IMG/VR virus record: IMGVR_UViG_3300037873_000023
Coordinates: 1 to 48,364 of that record
Source of the DNA: a virus
Taxonomy: Duplodnaviria; Caudoviricetes
Length of the DNA stretch: 48,364 nucleotides
Reading direction: 5' to 3' (one strand)
Under the pieces are notes generated by a model, which made no database searches, was not told where the DNA came from, and worked only from the letters and a program-made list of their open reading frames with translations. This document shows, in pieces, positions 1 through 8,151 of this stretch; position 1 is the first letter of the stretch, and each line of letters starts with the position of its first letter. Made by a program: the position numbers and the translations under genes.

Positions 1-7
1 GTGGTCC
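1..7. repeat. 7-bp terminal direct repeat GTGGTCC (left copy); candidate cos-end region
   Basis: Identical to 48358-48364; the junction lies between the HNH gene and terS. Confidence 0.6.
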
Positions 8-59
8 GCTGCCCTTGATCCTCTAAAAAACGGACATACCGGGTGCTGTCGATGCGCGC

Positions 60-338
60 TCACCACTGGACGCGTGGTGTCCACACACGCTCCGACGGCC
101 GAGCTCCGCGCTCCTGGTTGCACTTGCGGCCGCAGGTTGGGCAGCCGCGCACGCCGTGCGCTGGGCGGTAGGCGCGCGGGTGGACCGGCTGGTGTGGTGC
201 TACCGAGCGGGGGACGATGAGGTCTGCATCGGTGGCGCCGGGGTGTCCGCAGATCCAGCAGGTGCGGCCGAGCACGGCGAACATGGCGGCTTTGGCCCTG
301 CGAGCTGGTCGGGTGGTGTGGAGCCTGTCACCTGGCAT
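60..338 (-). CDS. HNH endonuclease-like protein (HK97 gp74-like packaging cofactor position)
   Basis: CWIC...DLIVP...H...CxxC..CN pattern; last gene before the putative cos/terS; start re-picked at ATG 338. Confidence 0.75.
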   Translation of the reverse strand: MPGDRLHTTRPARRAKAAMFAVLGRTCWICGHPGATDADLIVPRSVAPHQPVHPRAYRPAHGVRGCPTCGRKCNQERGARPSERVWTPRVQW

Positions 339-399
339 GGCACCCCCGGGGCATAGCGCACCCCCGGGGGTCATGCCGCCGAGGGGTGGGGGGTTGGGG

Positions 400-627
400 T
401 TACTTGTTGCGCTTGGCCTGACGCTTGGCATCCTGCTCGGCTGCCTTACGCCCGGCCCACTCGTCGGCGGCCTTGAGTTTGCGGATGCTGGGCATGGTGT
501 GGATGGCTGCCTGCCGCCGACGTGCCCACTCGATGCGCTCGACCTTGCTACTGGTGAACCACTGCCAGAAGCCGACCTTGAACGTTGCGTCGAAGCTCGG
601 GTTGGTGGGGTCTGCTGGGACTCGCAT
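400..627 (-). CDS. hypothetical protein (75 aa)
   Basis: 3' part of ORF 400..1149; ATG 627 preceded by AAAGG. Confidence 0.55.
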   Translation of the reverse strand: MRVPADPTNPSFDATFKVGFWQWFTSSKVERIEWARRRQAAIHTMPSIRKLKAADEWAGRKAAEQDAKRQAKRNK

Positions 628-748
628 GGTGGTGACCTTTGCTGGCGGGTTGTTGTGCCACACCCCAGGACCTGGCCCGCTGGTCGGAGGGTACCACCAG
701 GATGCGCCTACCTCACGCTTCCCGGCCGCCACGGCGCGACTACGCGCG

Positions 749-757
749 AGCGTAGCA
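749..757 (-). promoter_or_regulatory. candidate extended -10 late promoter (TGCTACGCT)
   Basis: TGnTAnnnT just downstream of the 272-aa regulator-like gene, pointing into HNH/cos/terS. Confidence 0.4.
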
Positions 758-776
758 CACGGGGTGTGACAAGCCA

Positions 777-1595
777 TCACACTGACTGTCGTACGGCGCG
801 TCGGTCCATGCGCTCGGCCAGGGCGAGCACCTCCCGCAGTGAGTACAGCGGGCGGCTCTGGTCGCCGCGGTTGGCCAACTGCCCGCGGCTGGCCCACTTG
901 CGTATCCGGTCGGCACGGATCTGTGGGTACGCGTCGGAGATCTCCTTGGCGGTGTAGGTGTAGCCCTGCACCAGCGTGGCCAGCCAGTCCGTGCGGTCCT
1001 TGACGCTGTGCCGGCGTCCGCAGGTGGGGCAGGTGGCCTGCTCGGCGCCCAACCGGGCGTACAGGTCGGTCGCACACCCGTCTGCGTCGCACGGCCCGAG
1101 GTAGCGGCGCCCGGTGCGACTGTCCACCAGCCGCCACAGCAGGGTGCACGCGTGGTCTAGCTCACCCCAACACTCACCGGCCCACTGCCGGTAGCGCGCC
1201 CAGCCGAGTTGGTCGGCGACCCACCGGGTGAGCGGGTCGAGCCGGGTCGGCGGGTCGGCGCCCAACTCGTCGGCCAGGACCCGAGCCCATGTGGTCAGCG
1301 TGTTGGCTGCGGCGTCGCGGGTCTCCGCCGCGGCCAGGTCGACCACCAGCCCGGTGGGCCAGCCGAGCACTTGGCAGTCGGCATCGGTACCACCCGCGCG
1401 TGGCGACTCCGCCGGCGCCGGCTTGCCTGCGCGCGGGGTGGGGTCGCCGGTGCGGGTCTGCTTGGCCACGGTGTCCGCGACGTACGGCCACAGCCCGGAG
1501 GCAGCCTTGAGTCTGCCTTCGAGGCGCAACGCGTCCCGGGCACAGACGTAGGCGGTATCGGTGATCGGTTGGGTGCAGATCGCGCAGTCAGCCAT
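777..1595 (-). CDS. Zn-binding/HTH regulator, possible late-gene activator
   Basis: N-terminal CxxC, internal CxxxxC...CxxC, C-terminal MerR-like HTH (YTAKEIS...IRKWASRGQL); last large gene of the early arm. Confidence 0.6.
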   Translation of the reverse strand: MADCAICTQPITDTAYVCARDALRLEGRLKAASGLWPYVADTVAKQTRTGDPTPRAGKPAPAESPRAGGTDADCQVLGWPTGLVVDLAAAETRDAAANTLTTWARVLADELGADPPTRLDPLTRWVADQLGWARYRQWAGECWGELDHACTLLWRLVDSRTGRRYLGPCDADGCATDLYARLGAEQATCPTCGRRHSVKDRTDWLATLVQGYTYTAKEISDAYPQIRADRIRKWASRGQLANRGDQSRPLYSLREVLALAERMDRRAVRQSV

Positions 1596-1866
1596 CGGTC
1601 ACCTGGTTAGGGGTGTCATCATCGGGCCGGTAGATGGCCATCTGTTCGCCGACGATGACGACCAGGTTGACGTCGGGCAGTACCTTGGCGAGTTGCTCTT
1701 TCGCCTTGTGCACTATCTCGGCGGTTGTGAGCAGTGGTACCCGGACGATCAGTGTGTCGCCGGGTCGGATGACCATCGCCGGGTCGATCTGTACCAGGAC
1801 TTCCGGCTCGTTCATGTTGTCCTCCGTGTCAGTGATCGGTTGGGCGTGGGTGCCCAGCTCACCCAT
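1588..1866 (-). CDS. hypothetical protein
   Basis: ORF overlapping its neighbours in the operon; start uncertain. Confidence 0.55.
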   Translation of the reverse strand: MGELGTHAQPITDTEDNMNEPEVLVQIDPAMVIRPGDTLIVRVPLLTTAEIVHKAKEQLAKVLPDVNLVVIVGEQMAIYRPDDDTPNQVTDG

Positions 1867-1975
1867 GCCGGCACCACCAGCCGACGCTCATGCGGCGTAG
1901 CTGCCGGGCCCGGTACCGGCGGGTGACCGCGGCGACCATGGCGGCGCGGCGGACGTGGCGCTCGAAGTCAGTCAT
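1859..1975 (-). CDS. small basic hypothetical protein (38 aa)
   Basis: MTDFERHVRRAAM...; fills the gap with overlaps at both ends; not in the ORF track. Confidence 0.4.
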   Translation of the reverse strand: MTDFERHVRRAAMVAAVTRRYRARQLRRMSVGWWCRHG

Positions 1976-2426
1976 GGCTGCTCCCGTCGTCGAGGAACGC
2001 GGCGGCCTTACGCAGCACCCGCACATCCGGGATGCACAACTCGGGCCCGCCAGTCCAGGTGATCAGGTCACCGGGTGCGACGAGCACCGGCAGCACGTCC
2101 ACCGCGTTGCGCGGATCGTCGTCGCACCAGTCGTCGGTCAGGACGGCCATCGACCCGTCGGCGGCGAGCACGGCCACCGTCCACGTGTCGTAGGCGGCGA
2201 ACAGTCCTTGCTTTTCGCGTTCCTGTTCGACCAGGACAACACCGACGGCCCAACCCGGTTCGGGTGCCGGTGCATCGCCGAGTGCGTGTTCGGCGCCGCG
2301 GACCAGCGCAGGGTCGGCTTGGAGCTCGTCGAACGCGTCGGGTTGGTTGACTTGCGCGGTTGAGCTGGCACACCCGACTAGGGTGGCGACGGCGGCGGCC
2401 AGTGCCGCCAGCTTCCAACGGCTCAT
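1968..2426 (-). CDS. lipoprotein
   Basis: MSRWKLAALAAAVATLVG-C: basic N-terminus, hydrophobic core, lipobox LVGC; ATGA overlap; GGAGGAG RBS. Confidence 0.7.
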   Translation of the reverse strand: MSRWKLAALAAAVATLVGCASSTAQVNQPDAFDELQADPALVRGAEHALGDAPAPEPGWAVGVVLVEQEREKQGLFAAYDTWTVAVLAADGSMAVLTDDWCDDDPRNAVDVLPVLVAPGDLITWTGGPELCIPDVRVLRKAAAFLDDGSSHD

Positions 2427-2632
2427 GTCTCCTCCAGGGTGGTTGCCCGGCGCCACGCAGCATCGTCCACCCGCCGCTGGAGCTCCGCCGGGGTCGGGTC
2501 GGGCTTCGGGCAGAAGCCGCAGCCGCACAGCCAGTGCCGCTCACCCTTGGCGAGGTCGTCCCACGTGGTGACCTCGGCCGGCCGTGGGCATGGTCCGTCG
2601 TAGTCATGCTGGTGGCTGATGTGCAGGGTCAT
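2423..2632 (-). CDS. small Cys/His-containing hypothetical protein
   Basis: 69 aa, ATGA-coupled. Confidence 0.6.
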   Translation of the reverse strand: MTLHISHQHDYDGPCPRPAEVTTWDDLAKGERHWLCGCGFCPKPDPTPAELQRRVDDAAWRRATTLEET

Positions 2633-3732
2633 GTCTCCTCCGTGGCGTCGGTGCCGGTGGTGGCCGGCTGGGTGGGGATGGTGCGCTGCCCGGCCAACTC
2701 GTCCCGGAGCGCGCTGATGGTGACCAGAGCGGCGTCCAGGTCGGCCTGCGCGGCGTCCAACGCCGCACCCTTGAGCACCCCGTGGTCCCGCAGCCGCTCC
2801 ACCTCGGCGGCGAGCCGGTCCCGGTCGTCGATGACCTCCTGCAGGCGGCGGTGCATCACCTGCGCCGAGCTGCGGTTATGGTCCCGGTCGGCGGTGACCT
2901 GCGCCAGCTCGGCGCGAAGCCGGTCGGCCTCGGCCTGGTTGTCGAATGCGGCGCCAGTCTGGTGGTTCAGGTCATCGCGCAGGGTGCTGATCTGGGCGTC
3001 GCGGTCGTCGACGTCGTTCAGCGCCTCGGCCAACTCGGCGCGGGCGGCGTCGCGCTGGGAGTTGGCACTGGCCAGCTCGCTCGTGCGCAGGTCTAGCCAC
3101 TCACGGGCGTTGGACAGCTCGGCGGCCAGCCGGTCCCAGTCGGCGGCGAGGGCGCGGCGGATACGGATCAGGGTGACGCGGGCCGGACAAGGCACCGAGT
3201 TGCAGTGGTCAACATGGGTGCCGATCAGCCTGTCCAGGTCGGCGATGGTCTCCTGGTCCCAGCCTGGTCCGTGGGCCAGCGCCGCGGCGGGTGTGCCGTG
3301 GGTGGGTGGCGGGCCCGCGTGGACCTGCCAGGGTGGGCGGGTGCCGACCACGGTGACCGGCGCGGCGGCGGCGGCCGCCTGGTCGAAGTCGCGGTCGGTG
3401 GCCGGGTCGGCGTCGGCGTCGAGGGCGTCCACGGCCGCAACGAGCGCATCCCCAGGTTTCGAGAGCGCTCCTCCGATCGCGGTGACCAGGCGCAGCGCGC
3501 GGGCCATTTCCCGCGCCGCGTCCACCACCCGGGCCACAGCATCCGGCGAACGCCGGCAGCAGCACGGCCCGCCGGACACATCCACATCCGGGCCATCCGG
3601 CTCCCAGCCCTCCCAGTCATGCGCGGCGTTGGCCACCGCGTCGAACAGGCCGTCCGCCTGTGCCCCGGTGATCGGGTGGTGGGCGCAGACGGTGACGTGC
3701 CATGGCGTGGCGGGCGTCTGCTCAGTGCTCAT
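2629..3732 (-). CDS. coiled-coil protein
   Basis: Heptad-like DRLxAE repeats in the C-terminal half; GGAGG RBS before ATG 3732. Confidence 0.7.
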   Translation of the reverse strand: MSTEQTPATPWHVTVCAHHPITGAQADGLFDAVANAAHDWEGWEPDGPDVDVSGGPCCCRRSPDAVARVVDAAREMARALRLVTAIGGALSKPGDALVAAVDALDADADPATDRDFDQAAAAAAPVTVVGTRPPWQVHAGPPPTHGTPAAALAHGPGWDQETIADLDRLIGTHVDHCNSVPCPARVTLIRIRRALAADWDRLAAELSNAREWLDLRTSELASANSQRDAARAELAEALNDVDDRDAQISTLRDDLNHQTGAAFDNQAEADRLRAELAQVTADRDHNRSSAQVMHRRLQEVIDDRDRLAAEVERLRDHGVLKGAALDAAQADLDAALVTISALRDELAGQRTIPTQPATTGTDATEET

Positions 3733-4045
3733 CGGTGGCCTCCTCGCGGACGATGGGCTCCAGGTCGCCGCCGAACAGCCGGGTACGCCGGTGGGTGGCA
3801 GCATGCGACGCATCCCAGCCAGTGGCCAGCCCGCGGTGGATGTCCTCAGCGATGGCCAACAACGTCGGCCCCACCTCGTGCAGGAACCCGCGGACCATCA
3901 CCCCGTTGCGGGACGCGGACATGGTTTCCACGCTGTTCTCGGCGGCGACCAGGGTGCGATACCAGCGCACGACCTGCCCGTCCTGGATGGTGGGCGTGAC
4001 GGTCACGACCCAGCTGGGCGTGGCCGGTGGTGGTGTGGTGGTCAT
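3722..4045 (-). CDS. hypothetical protein (107 aa)
   Basis: ATGA overlap, GGGAGAG RBS. Confidence 0.6.
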   Translation of the reverse strand: MTTTPPPATPSWVVTVTPTIQDGQVVRWYRTLVAAENSVETMSASRNGVMVRGFLHEVGPTLLAIAEDIHRGLATGWDASHAATHRRTRLFGGDLEPIVREEATDEH

Positions 4046-4200
4046 GTGCTCTCCCTGGTGGTGGTGGCGCCGCACCGGCAGCGGCACGTCGCGGGATGGT
4101 CGATGGGCTGGTCGCAGCGGTGGTGCAGCGGCCGGCCGGCGGGGTCGGTCCGAACTCGCGGCCAGCGGTGACCACACAACTCGGCGGTGGTGGTGGTCAT
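4042..4200 (-). CDS. small Cys/His-rich protein (52 aa)
   Basis: MTTTTAELCGHRW...CRCRCG; ATGA overlaps at both ends. Confidence 0.5.
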   Translation of the reverse strand: MTTTTAELCGHRWPRVRTDPAGRPLHHRCDQPIDHPATCRCRCGATTTREST

Positions 4201-4820
4201 GGTGTCTCCGTTCTGGCGAGCCGCTCCGAGCGGCAGACGTTGCGGTGGTATGGGCTGTCGGTGCGGTTGCCGCAGTTGTGGCAGACGGGTGTGGTGTGTC
4301 CGTTGACTTGTTCACCGCCGCCGTCGCGGCCACGCCGCAGCGCGGCGGCCGGCGGTGCTGCGGGCCCCCGCCCGCCTTCCTTCGGGGCGGGGCGGGGCGG
4401 GGGGGCGTCTACAGACGCGTCTTGAGACGCGTCTCTGGGTCGGGTGGTCTTCTTGGCGAGCCAGCGGGCCTGCCGCTGGGCTTTCGCATCCCGTTCCGTG
4501 GTCACTTTCTGTTTGGAGGGCTGGTAGTCGAAGTAGTCGTGGATCATCCATCCGTCACCGCCCGGCGAGGGCGGGCACTTCGGCGACTGGCAGACGTGGC
4601 CCGCTTCGTGGAGCAAGCCCCGGGCCACCAGGGAAGGGACGACCTTGTGCGGCCGCCGGACCGCCGACACATCTGACACGTCTTCGGCGGGCACGAATCC
4701 GTCTGTGAGGTTACGTGCACACCAGAAGATCGCCTCGACATGGAAGCGCATCTCGGAGTCCGACAAGGGCTTCACCTTGCGGTGGATCGGGTACTGGTCG
4801 TCGAAGCGGACCCAGGGCAT
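4197..4820 (-). CDS. putative replication initiator protein
   Basis: MPWVRFDD...WCARNLTDGFVP...GWMIHDYFDYQP resembles actinophage initiators; internal DNA repeats. Confidence 0.65.
   Translation of the reverse strand: MPWVRFDDQYPIHRKVKPLSDSEMRFHVEAIFWCARNLTDGFVPAEDVSDVSAVRRPHKVVPSLVARGLLHEAGHVCQSPKCPPSPGGDGWMIHDYFDYQPSKQKVTTERDAKAQRQARWLAKKTTRPRDASQDASVDAPPPRPAPKEGGRGPAAPPAAALRRGRDGGGEQVNGHTTPVCHNCGNRTDSPYHRNVCRSERLARTETP
4405..4434. repeat. iteron-like repeats AGACGCGTCT (candidate origin)
   Basis: AGACGCGTCT at 4413-4422 and 4425-4434, plus a partial GCGTCT at 4405-4410. Confidence 0.55.
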
Positions 4821-5059
4821 CAGGCTGCTCCTTGCTCCGGTGCGCTTCCCGCCGTGGCGGGTGCGGACTTCCGGACGGGCCGGTGGCCGAACACGGCGTG
4901 GTGTGCGGCTTCGCTGGCCGGGTGGTCTCGGAACACGGCGCCGCATGCGCAGTGCAGGACCGGGGTGTCGGCGGGTGGCAGCTCGGTCGTGGTGTAGGCG
5001 GCGGCGGGCCGGGCGCCGGTGGGCGCGTGGCCGTGGTCGCGGGAACCGGGGCGGGTCAT
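4820..5059 (-). CDS. hypothetical protein with C-x-C...H-xxx-H motif
   Basis: 79 aa, overlaps both neighbours. Confidence 0.55.
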   Translation of the reverse strand: MTRPGSRDHGHAPTGARPAAAYTTTELPPADTPVLHCACGAVFRDHPASEAAHHAVFGHRPVRKSAPATAGSAPEQGAA

Positions 5060-5622
5060 GGCAGCGGCTCCTCCCACCAAGAGTCATCGATGCCGTCGAT
5101 CTGAGCTTGTCGGTGGCGCCGGTCGGGGCGACGTCGACTGTCCTCCGGGTCTAGGAAATGGAAGAACGCCTCGTGTGACTCAATCGGACGAGTCTGTCCG
5201 TCGCTGAGTCGCTCCACGACCTGGGCGCCGTTGAAACGGGTCTCACGTCGCACGGAGTGGGTGGCCGCAGCGACGTGGCCTCGCAGGATGTAGACACCTG
5301 AGCGTTGCTCGATGTGCAGCTCCGAGGCCTGCGGGCAGAGTTTGCAGTGGTCGACGGCGCGATCCAGCAGACGAAGTATCGCCTTCTGCCCCGGCTTTAA
5401 TCTGTGCCCGGGGTTTTTCTGCTCGATCAACCTGAGCAAGGTACTCCCGTTGCTTAGCCACTTCAGGCTGGCCAGGTCAAGGTCCGCCACCGAGACGTTC
5501 TCGGGTCCTTCGCGGGACACAATCTGCCCGAGCGCGGACGCGCTCTCCTTACCGTGTCGGTGATCGCGGTGGATCAACTCTTCGCGGCAGCCGGTACACC
5601 ACTGCCGCCCACAGCCCATCAT
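5056..5622 (-). CDS. putative PD-(D/E)XK-family nuclease
   Basis: ADLD...LIEQK...GQKAIL pattern; ATGA-coupled to the MTase. Confidence 0.45.
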   Translation of the reverse strand: MMGCGRQWCTGCREELIHRDHRHGKESASALGQIVSREGPENVSVADLDLASLKWLSNGSTLLRLIEQKNPGHRLKPGQKAILRLLDRAVDHCKLCPQASELHIEQRSGVYILRGHVAAATHSVRRETRFNGAQVVERLSDGQTRPIESHEAFFHFLDPEDSRRRPDRRHRQAQIDGIDDSWWEEPLP

Positions 5623-6725
5623 GCTCGGATCACCCCGTCCCCGTCATCCTCGGCGAGAGTGCTGCCCAACCAGCGGCGGCCCATGCTGGCCGCGATCTTC
5701 CCCCAGGCGCCGGTGCCAGCGAACGGGTCCGCTATCAGCTCGCCGGGCTCGGCCAGGTGCTCGATCAGGCCGGACACCCCACCCTCGCCTTGTGCCCAGT
5801 TGTGGAGATCCTTGTCCCGGGCAGGGGGCTTGAGCACGTCCGGGACCAGCGTGCGACCGCGGCGGGTTTCCTTGACGTACCACAGCACCGGCTTGTATCC
5901 GGCGATGACGAACTTGCCGGCCAGCCGCTGGGACTGGTCGTGCATCATGGCCAACGTCCACCAGTACCGGAGGTGGCCGTCGAAGATCCGCATATCGCGG
6001 TTGAGCCGGGACTGGCCGGTGTAGCAGATCAGCGACCCGCCGGGGATCAACGCTTTGGCGGCCCAGTCGGCCAGCCACCGGTACAAGGGCTCGGCCTCGT
6101 CGCCGTACGGAGGATCGGTGAGCACCAGCGCGACCGACTCCGGGGCGACGTCGGCCAGCCGCTCGCGAGCATCCCCGTACAGCAGGTCCATGCCGTCCGG
6201 GAGCGGCTCGGCGTTGCGTGACGCGTCACGCTTGGCTTTCGTCTGCGCGGCCGCCTTGTCCTTGCGTGCAGCTGTGTCCGCGTGCTTGGCGACTTCTCCC
6301 GCCGGACGCTGAAGTGCCGATGTTGGCTCAGTTGAGCGGTTTCGCTCACCCGGCCCGGCTTGCTGCTGCTGAGGCGGGGTAGATTCTTCAGCGTCTGAGC
6401 GGTTCCGCTCAGGCTGCCTACTTGCAATGTGATCCGCCACTGTCCGCTGTGGCGTGCCAGTCATCTTGCCGATCGCTCGTGTGGACGCCTCTGGCTGCAA
6501 TTCCTTGATCCGATTGTGCAGCTTCGCCCTGTCTTTGATGTTGAAGGCCGACAGGTCGATGGACTTAAGGAAGGCGTTGACATCGCTGAACCCAGGCCCG
6601 ACCGACTTCCAGTCGTCGCCGGTGAGCAGTAGATCCAACTCGCGCGTCATCCGCTCGAAGCCGTAGCCGCTGATGTGCGCCGACTCCAGTAGCCGGCCGT
6701 ACACGATGTTCGGTGCCTCGCTCAT
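5619..6725 (-). CDS. DNA N6-adenine/N4-cytosine methyltransferase (beta order) with N-terminal HTH region
   Basis: Motif IV TDPPY precedes motif I DPFAGTG; N-terminal STRAIGKMTGTPQRTV HTH. Confidence 0.9.
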   Translation of the reverse strand: MSEAPNIVYGRLLESAHISGYGFERMTRELDLLLTGDDWKSVGPGFSDVNAFLKSIDLSAFNIKDRAKLHNRIKELQPEASTRAIGKMTGTPQRTVADHIASRQPERNRSDAEESTPPQQQQAGPGERNRSTEPTSALQRPAGEVAKHADTAARKDKAAAQTKAKRDASRNAEPLPDGMDLLYGDARERLADVAPESVALVLTDPPYGDEAEPLYRWLADWAAKALIPGGSLICYTGQSRLNRDMRIFDGHLRYWWTLAMMHDQSQRLAGKFVIAGYKPVLWYVKETRRGRTLVPDVLKPPARDKDLHNWAQGEGGVSGLIEHLAEPGELIADPFAGTGAWGKIAASMGRRWLGSTLAEDDGDGVIRA

Positions 6726-6970
6726 TCCCCCGCCTGTCTTTCTGTCGTCTCTAGCTCCCGCCGCGCGCAGCACACCGCCGGCATCGCCTCCGCGTCCAGC
6801 CGTCCCCGGCACCAGCACCGCATCCCGCACGGCCGCGTCCCGCGGCATGTGCACGGGTACCTATCGCGCATCGGTGTGCCAGCGACCAGCCACGTGTCGC
6901 GGGGCGCCGGCGGCATGCGCTCGGCGTGCGCGGCCCGGCTGGCCCGCGGTCGCACCATCCCGGCCGGCAT
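6722..6970 (-). CDS. Cys-rich hypothetical protein
   Basis: 82 aa, CTC...C...CWC...CC; ATGA-coupled to the MTase. Confidence 0.5.
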   Translation of the reverse strand: MPAGMVRPRASRAAHAERMPPAPRDTWLVAGTPMRDRYPCTCRGTRPCGMRCWCRGRLDAEAMPAVCCARRELETTERQAGE

Positions 6971-6971
6971 G

Positions 6972-7532
6972 TCAGACCACCCGCTCCCGGTAGCGGTCCA
7001 ACAGCCGGTGGAGCTCAGCCGGATGCTTGCGTCCCAACTCTTCCAGCGCACGCGTCCGGGCGTGGTTGTACTGGCGGTCGTAGCCGCGGGCAGCAGGTGA
7101 TGATGCGCGGCGTTCGGCGGAGTAGCGCCGGTTGGCTTCGCGGCATGCGTCGTCGGACGGTTCACGCTTGCGTTTGTGCCGCTGGTAGGCGGCGTAGGTT
7201 CCGCACGGCGGCGCGGTGTCGTGCTCTGCCGGCGGCTCGGTGCCGTACCGCTCGGCCAGCAGCGTGGTCAGGTCCGGCCTGGCCTCGGCCTGCATGTCCC
7301 GCGCCACCGACTCGAGCGCCGCCCGCGGCCGGTCGTCCAACTCGGCGGCCCGCCGCTCAACCTGCCGGTCCCACTCGGCGTCGAAGTCCGCACGCGCCGG
7401 CTCCGGCTCGTCGCCGCGGCACTGGCATTGGCAGTGCTGTGCGGTGCAAACCCAACCGGAGGTGATGCACGCGTCGTAGCCGCAGTCCACGCACACGCAG
7501 CCGCCGGAGTTGTCCTCCGCGTAGACGGTCAC
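6972..7532 (-). CDS. hypothetical Zn-binding protein
   Basis: Cys-rich N-terminus; PCGTYAAYQRH...DDAC motif; GTGA overlap. Confidence 0.6.
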   Translation of the reverse strand: MTVYAEDNSGGCVCVDCGYDACITSGWVCTAQHCQCQCRGDEPEPARADFDAEWDRQVERRAAELDDRPRAALESVARDMQAEARPDLTTLLAERYGTEPPAEHDTAPPCGTYAAYQRHKRKREPSDDACREANRRYSAERRASSPAARGYDRQYNHARTRALEELGRKHPAELHRLLDRYRERVV

Positions 7533-7702
7533 TTCATCGCCTCCAGGACGCATTCGGTTTCGTGCACGGTGGTGATGTGTTCGTCGATTAGCCGCCGGCC
7601 GGACTCGAGCGGGTCGCCACCGGGTGGGATGAGCTGCCAGTCGTGTTGTTCGCAGTCGGGGTCGCGGCATCGCCACCGTGGCCGCTGGGTCCGGGGTCTC
7701 AT
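7529..7702 (-). CDS. small hypothetical protein (57 aa)
   Basis: CxxxxC...HxxxxH; ATGA overlap with rusA. Confidence 0.5.
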   Translation of the reverse strand: MRPRTQRPRWRCRDPDCEQHDWQLIPPGGDPLESGRRLIDEHITTVHETECVLEAMK

Positions 7703-8151
7703 GGCGCCTCGTAGACGGTGATGACCGCGCCGGGAACCAACAGCCCGGCACCACCGGTGTACCGTTTCGTCGCGCGCAGGTCGGTGACTTGCGCGTCGTC
7801 GCGCCAGATACCGGCGTCGGTGAGTGCGTCTTCGGTGCTGCGGACCAGTTTCGACAGGTCGGGTTTCCCGGCCGGCGCCGTGGGTACGCCCGCGCGGAGC
7901 AGGTGCGAGTTTCGGCCGGTACGCCAGTGCGACTTGGGCCGGTTGAAGAAGAACACCACGGAGAGCACGACTGGCCCGTCGGCCTGTTTCCAGGATGCCT
8001 GCGTGGCGGCGACCCATGCGGCGTCCTTGACCGCTTCGCGCCATGGTCGGACGTGTTTTGACGACTCGACCATGATCCCGTTCCCGACATGCCGTTTGCT
8101 GCCTTGCGGCGCGGGTAGGCCGTGCACGGTGAACGACAGCCGCTCAGCCAT
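7699..8151 (-). CDS. rusA: RusA-family Holliday junction resolvase
   Basis: PAPQGSK...KPDLSKLVRSTEDALT...WRDDAQV motifs. Confidence 0.9.
   Translation of the reverse strand: MAERLSFTVHGLPAPQGSKRHVGNGIMVESSKHVRPWREAVKDAAWVAATQASWKQADGPVVLSVVFFFNRPKSHWRTGRNSHLLRAGVPTAPAGKPDLSKLVRSTEDALTDAGIWRDDAQVTDLRATKRYTGGAGLLVPGAVITVYEAP

Noticed and set aside
2360-4171. Long plus-strand ORFs (603 aa here; similarly 28028-29479, 38383-39780, 41828-43393)
   Set aside because: Antisense shadows of real minus-strand genes in high-GC DNA; Ser/Ala/Arg-rich with no motifs
6333-6412. Resemblance of TGAGCG...CGCTCA to the lac operator (vector contamination)
   Set aside because: Flanking AATTG and spacer do not match lacO, and the sites are in frame within a native gene
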